Below, piece after piece: positions 60,003 to 64,000 of a stretch of DNA of 64,000 nucleotides; position 1 is the stretch's first letter; each line of letters starts with the position of its first letter. Source of the DNA: Minisyncoccota bacterium. Its GTDB lineage: Bacteria; Patescibacteriota; Minisyncoccia; Phycocordibacterales; UBA6065. The stretch spans positions 45,618 to 109,617 of the forward strand of contig JBAZUA010000001.1 in NCBI GenBank assembly GCA_041661645.1. The letters are read 5' to 3'. The notes beneath the pieces were generated by a model that did not search any database, was not told the DNA's origin, and saw only the letters and a program-made list of their open reading frames with translations. The translations under genes and the position numbers were made by a program.

Positions 60003-61198
60003 AGGTGCTTTTCATAGGAACGACGGACATATTGGGAGGCGCCGCCAAGGTATCATGGGAACTCAAGTCGTACCTCGAGGCACACGGACATGAGACTGCC
60101 ATGTTTGTCGCGGATAAGAGAAGCGATGACAGAAAAGTGAGAATCATTCCCCGCCAGACCTGGAGGAAGTACCTCGGACTCCTGCTCGCCACCGAAAGCC
60201 TGATATCGACCGACTGGATACTCGACACCCCTGAATTCAAGGGGGCGGACGTCATTCACTGTCACAACCTTCACGGGCGATTCTTCAATCTCAAGACCCT
60301 CGAAAGGATGTCGGCGCTCAAGCCCGTCGTCTGGACCCTTCATGACGAATGGGCCCTCACCCCACACTGCGCCTACACTCTCGAAGGGACGGGAATGAAA
60401 AATGGGCTCTATGTCTGCCCCAGCATAGACGTTGCCCCGCGCATCCTCTGGGACAACAGCCGACGGCTCGCAGCCTGGAAGAACGGGATATACGAAAAGA
60501 TTCGCGTGACCCTGGTCACGCCGTCCCGATGGCTCGAGGATAGAACCCGAAAAACCACCCTCGGAACGCAGGATATACGCCTTATAGCAAACGGCATAGA
60601 CACGTCGAGGTTCGTCCAAAGCGACAAGGGAGGGGCGCGGGCAAAGCTCGGCCTGCCCCTCGATAAGAAGATAATCCTCTTCCTGGCGGTAGACGCGAAG
60701 GCGAACACCTGGAAGGGGTGGAAGCACACCGAGCGAATCATCGAATCGTACAGGGATCGATCGGACATCCTCTTCCTGAGCGTCGGCAACCTCACCCAGC
60801 ATGAAAGCCGTGGAAATGTCAGGCACACCGGTCACGTGAGCGATGTGGAGACCCTGGCCCTCTATTACAGCTCGGCAGATGCCCTGCTCTTCACCTCGAT
60901 CGCAGAGAACTTCCCCCTCGTCATCCTGGAGGCAATGAGCTGCGGTCTCCCTATCGCCGCCTTTGACGTCGGTGGCGTCAAAGAGGCACTCGAACACAAG
61001 ATAAATGGATTCGTGGCCCCCTACGAGGACACGACGGCCCTGTCCAAGGGACTCGAATGGATACTGTCTCTCACCGAGAGCGAGCAAAAGACTCTCTCGA
61101 ACGCCTCTACACAAAAGGCCCGGACACGGTATGATATATCGCACATGACCGATGCATACATGAGCCTCTATCAGGAACTCATCGCGAAAAACCAATGA
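59999..61198 (+). CDS. glycosyltransferase family 4 (WcaC-like)
   Basis: GGAA, HNLHG, WTLHD, ENFPLVILEAMSCG. Confidence 0.9.
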   Translation: MKVLFIGTTDILGGAAKVSWELKSYLEAHGHETAMFVADKRSDDRKVRIIPRQTWRKYLGLLLATESLISTDWILDTPEFKGADVIHCHNLHGRFFNLKTLERMSALKPVVWTLHDEWALTPHCAYTLEGTGMKNGLYVCPSIDVAPRILWDNSRRLAAWKNGIYEKIRVTLVTPSRWLEDRTRKTTLGTQDIRLIANGIDTSRFVQSDKGGARAKLGLPLDKKIILFLAVDAKANTWKGWKHTERIIESYRDRSDILFLSVGNLTQHESRGNVRHTGHVSDVETLALYYSSADALLFTSIAENFPLVILEAMSCGLPIAAFDVGGVKEALEHKINGFVAPYEDTTALSKGLEWILSLTESEQKTLSNASTQKARTRYDISHMTDAYMSLYQELIAKNQ

Positions 61199-62124
61199 CC
61201 GAATCCAGCAAGCAGGAGATGATCCAGACAATCGTCAAACGAGAGCAGCTCCGACCGCTCGGACGGCTTTCGCGACTCCTCAAGGATCCTGTGCGGGCGA
61301 CACCCTTTTACGCCCTCGCCCTCCTGGGGCACATAAAGCCGTTCCCCGTGTCATTCAGGACGCTCTGGGACACCACCATGCGCTGCTATCTGCCCGAGGG
61401 AAACACTTTCTATTACTACGGCTTCTGCGAGGCAAACCTGACCAACTTCTTCCTCAGGTTCGCGCGGGAGGGAATGACATTCATCGACGTGGGCGCGCAC
61501 ATCGGCTTCTATACAGCACTCTTCTCCGAGCTTGCCGGATCAGAGGGAAAGGTACACGGCTTTGAGCCTACCCCCTGGACATACCGACTGCTCTCGGAAA
61601 ACACCGCGGGGCTTTCAAATGTCACGCTCAACAACAACGCCGTCTCGGAAAAGGCCGAGTCCCTCTCCTTCTCGGATTACGGCGCCGGATACGGCGCCTT
61701 CAACAGCGCGCATCCCGACGGCGCCCCCGAGATGTCGCGCAGACCGTCGATGACGACGGTCACAGGCATCTCCCTCGACGCATATTGCGCCGACAGGGGC
61801 GTCCGTCCGGACATCGTGAAGATAGACGCCGAGGGCTTCGAGGCGAGCGTCCTTCGGGGCATGGGCAAGATGCTTGCCGCAGGTGCCGGCCCGCGACCGA
61901 TCATCACCCTCGAGGTCGCGGGCGATAGGGCCTGGGCGGAAAATCGCGCCGAGGCATTCGCGACGCTCTCCGCCGCAGGCTATGTCGCCCACGAGATATC
62001 CGTCGATGGCTTCCTGAGCGAGCACGCCACCAGGGAAAGCTACACATATGACAACCTCGTATTCGTCCCCAGGGAAAGACTGACCGAGATCTCCCCTTTC
62101 CTTCATTCACTGAAAAATCGATGA
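61195..62124 (+). CDS. FkbM family methyltransferase
   Basis: IDVGAHIG, FEP, KIDAEGFE. Confidence 0.9.
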   Translation: MTESSKQEMIQTIVKREQLRPLGRLSRLLKDPVRATPFYALALLGHIKPFPVSFRTLWDTTMRCYLPEGNTFYYYGFCEANLTNFFLRFAREGMTFIDVGAHIGFYTALFSELAGSEGKVHGFEPTPWTYRLLSENTAGLSNVTLNNNAVSEKAESLSFSDYGAGYGAFNSAHPDGAPEMSRRPSMTTVTGISLDAYCADRGVRPDIVKIDAEGFEASVLRGMGKMLAAGAGPRPIITLEVAGDRAWAENRAEAFATLSAAGYVAHEISVDGFLSEHATRESYTYDNLVFVPRERLTEISPFLHSLKNR

Positions 62125-63062
62125 TAATCGTCAACCTCAAGGGCGGCCTTGGCAATCAGATGTTCCAATACGCATGCGGGAGGGCCCTTTCCCTGCGCGC
62201 CAAGGCCCGCGGCGAGAGCGGCACCCTCAGGCTCGACGCGACCGGCTTCGACCGCGTGAACGCGATGCCGGGCACCGTGACCAGACGCTCCTATGAGCTC
62301 GGCGCCTTCAACGTCCAGGCGCGCCTCGCCACACCCGAGGAGATCAAGTGCGTCAAATATCCCTTCGGCATACTTTCGAAAGCCTGGAGGTACTTCAGCG
62401 CCAAGGGCCTGCGCAAGTTCCACATAGCCTTTGAGGAAAAGACCTTCGGGCACAATGACCGAATCTACCTCGACGGATACTGGCAGACCGAGAAATACTT
62501 CAGGGACCACGAGGCCGCCATCCGAAACGACTTCACCCTGGCCAAGCCGCCGGGAGAGGCCGCCATGCGACAGTTCAAAGCCATTGCCAAGGCACGCCAC
62601 TCGGTGTCGCTTCACATCCGCCGAGGGGACTATGTGACCGACAGCGCAACCGCGGGGCATCACGGCTCCTGCGGCAAGGACTATTACGAAAGGGCCGTCG
62701 TCGAGATGGCACAGATGCTGAACCAGAGGGGGCCATCCAGGGGCGCCCGAGGCAAGGCAAAGGAGGCCGTGGCCATACCGAACATATTCGTCTTCTCGGA
62801 CGACATCGCCTGGGCCAAGGCAAACCTCTCATTTCCCTGCCCCATCTCGTTCGTCTCGTCGCCCGACCTGACGAGCGCCGAAGAGCTCGCCCTCATGTCA
62901 TCCTGCAAGCACCACGTCATCGCCAACTCCACCTTCAGCTGGTGGGGCGCATGGCTCGGCCAGAACGCCGACAAGATAGTCATGGCGCCGAAGCGCTGGG
63001 CACAGGAGCACGACGAGGACTGGTATGCGGACATAATCCCCGAATCATGGATACGAATCTAA
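62121..63062 (+). CDS. alpha-1,2-fucosyltransferase (GT11)
   Basis: GGLGNQMFQYA, GYWQ.EKYF, HIRRGDY, NSTFSWWGA. Confidence 0.93.
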   Translation: MIIVNLKGGLGNQMFQYACGRALSLRAKARGESGTLRLDATGFDRVNAMPGTVTRRSYELGAFNVQARLATPEEIKCVKYPFGILSKAWRYFSAKGLRKFHIAFEEKTFGHNDRIYLDGYWQTEKYFRDHEAAIRNDFTLAKPPGEAAMRQFKAIAKARHSVSLHIRRGDYVTDSATAGHHGSCGKDYYERAVVEMAQMLNQRGPSRGARGKAKEAVAIPNIFVFSDDIAWAKANLSFPCPISFVSSPDLTSAEELALMSSCKHHVIANSTFSWWGAWLGQNADKIVMAPKRWAQEHDEDWYADIIPESWIRI

Positions 63063-63850
63063 ATGCATCAAAGCCCGCCACGGGCGCACAGGCACCCCTC
63101 GTCACCATACTGGTGGCGACCTACAATCGCGCCCACTACATCGGCGAGGCCGTGGCGAGCGCCCAGAAACAGACCTTCCAGAACTGGGAGCTCATCATCC
63201 TCGATGACGCCTCGACAGACGGCACCGAGACGATCGCCCGCGACATGGCGGCGCGGGACTCCCGCATAGCCTATGTCAGGCATCCGCAGAACAAGGGCAT
63301 CGCGGGCAACAGGAATGCCGGACTCGCCCTCGCCAAGGGCACTTACATCGCCGTCCTCGACAGCGACGATGTCTGGACGGCCCCGACCAAGCTCGAAAGG
63401 CAAGTCGCCTATCTCGCATCAAATCCCGCCTGTGTTGCCGTCGGCACGCAGGTGTCAGTGATCGACGAGAACGGCGCGCGAACTGGATCAATATCATACG
63501 AGACCACTGATGCGGGCATACGCGCCCATTTCCTGCGCCGTAACCAGTTCGCCCAGTCGAGCATCATGTATCGTCTCTCCGCTGCCCAGGCCGTGGGCGG
63601 ATACGACCCAGCCTGGACCGTAAACGACGACTATGACCTCTGGCTTAAGATGGGCTCTCAGGGAACCTTTGCCAACCTTTCCGAGGAAATGGCGGCATAT
63701 CGCGAGCATACAGGCGGCATAACCAAGACCAAGCGCCTCAAGGCGGCCATCGAGCACCTGCGCATAATTAAAAAGCACGGGAAGCAGTATCCAAACTACG
63801 TTCCCGCGCTCTTCAAATCCTATCTGCGAATCCTGAGGGCGACTATCTAA
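63047..63850 (+). CDS. glycosyltransferase family 2
   Basis: TYNR, DDASTD, LDSDD, DDYDLW. Confidence 0.9.
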   Translation: MDTNLNASKPATGAQAPLVTILVATYNRAHYIGEAVASAQKQTFQNWELIILDDASTDGTETIARDMAARDSRIAYVRHPQNKGIAGNRNAGLALAKGTYIAVLDSDDVWTAPTKLERQVAYLASNPACVAVGTQVSVIDENGARTGSISYETTDAGIRAHFLRRNQFAQSSIMYRLSAAQAVGGYDPAWTVNDDYDLWLKMGSQGTFANLSEEMAAYREHTGGITKTKRLKAAIEHLRIIKKHGKQYPNYVPALFKSYLRILRATI

Positions 63851-64000
63851 CGTTGACGAGCTTCACGTCGACCGAGGAAGTCGCGTGACCCTTGGTGAGG
63901 ACCAGGAGGTTCGAAGTGCTTGTCCACCAAACGCTGCCATTAACACGGACGCGGGCACCGACGCTGTAGTCTCCGACAGCCTTGATGGCCGAAGGGTTAT
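63843..64000 (-). CDS. 3' end of a YbaY/YscW-like lipoprotein (5'-truncated by window edge)
   Basis: NPSAIKAVGDYSVGARVRVNGSVWWTSTS..VLTKG...VDVKLVNVR*. Confidence 0.55.
   Translation of the reverse strand, partial: NPSAIKAVGDYSVGARVRVNGSVWWTSTSNLLVLTKGHATSSVDVKLVNVR

Overview
A 64-kb, gene-dense bacterial chromosome segment using standard code 11. It is most consistent with a Patescibacteria (CPR), probably Parcubacteria, genome. This assignment is inferred from WWNPFTW-motif secreted proteins, N-methyl-pilin fusions, a GAD-less AspRS, a split transketolase with non-oxidative pentose phosphate genes, and the absence of biosynthetic operons. Housekeeping content includes trpS, aspS, gltX, cysS, scpAB, ftsW-murG, dnaB, recR, rmuC, rpmA/rplI/rplU, gap-rpiB-rpe-tkt and a ~12-kb methyltransferase-rich glycan locus. 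Many stand-alone orphan transcription units are interspersed. I saw no rRNA, tRNA, CRISPR array, transposase, integrase or reverse transcriptase. The most interesting signals are: (1) a T-box riboswitch with an ultrashort ileS-type Stem I, a GAC (Asp) specifier and a transcription terminator, upstream of an orphan gene and aspS; (2) a ~240-nt structured, ORF-less RNA candidate with its own promoter and terminator; (3) two solo toxin-like genes (PemK/MazF and DUF3800), each faced by a convergent promoter and small hairpin RNA; (4) three pilin-adhesin genes sharing an identical 20-bp N-terminal core in inverted orientations; (5) a TorF-like beta-barrel candidate in a presumably monoderm host; (6) a dif-like site and a frameshifted murG. 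All family calls are from motif recognition by eye; no database searches were run.
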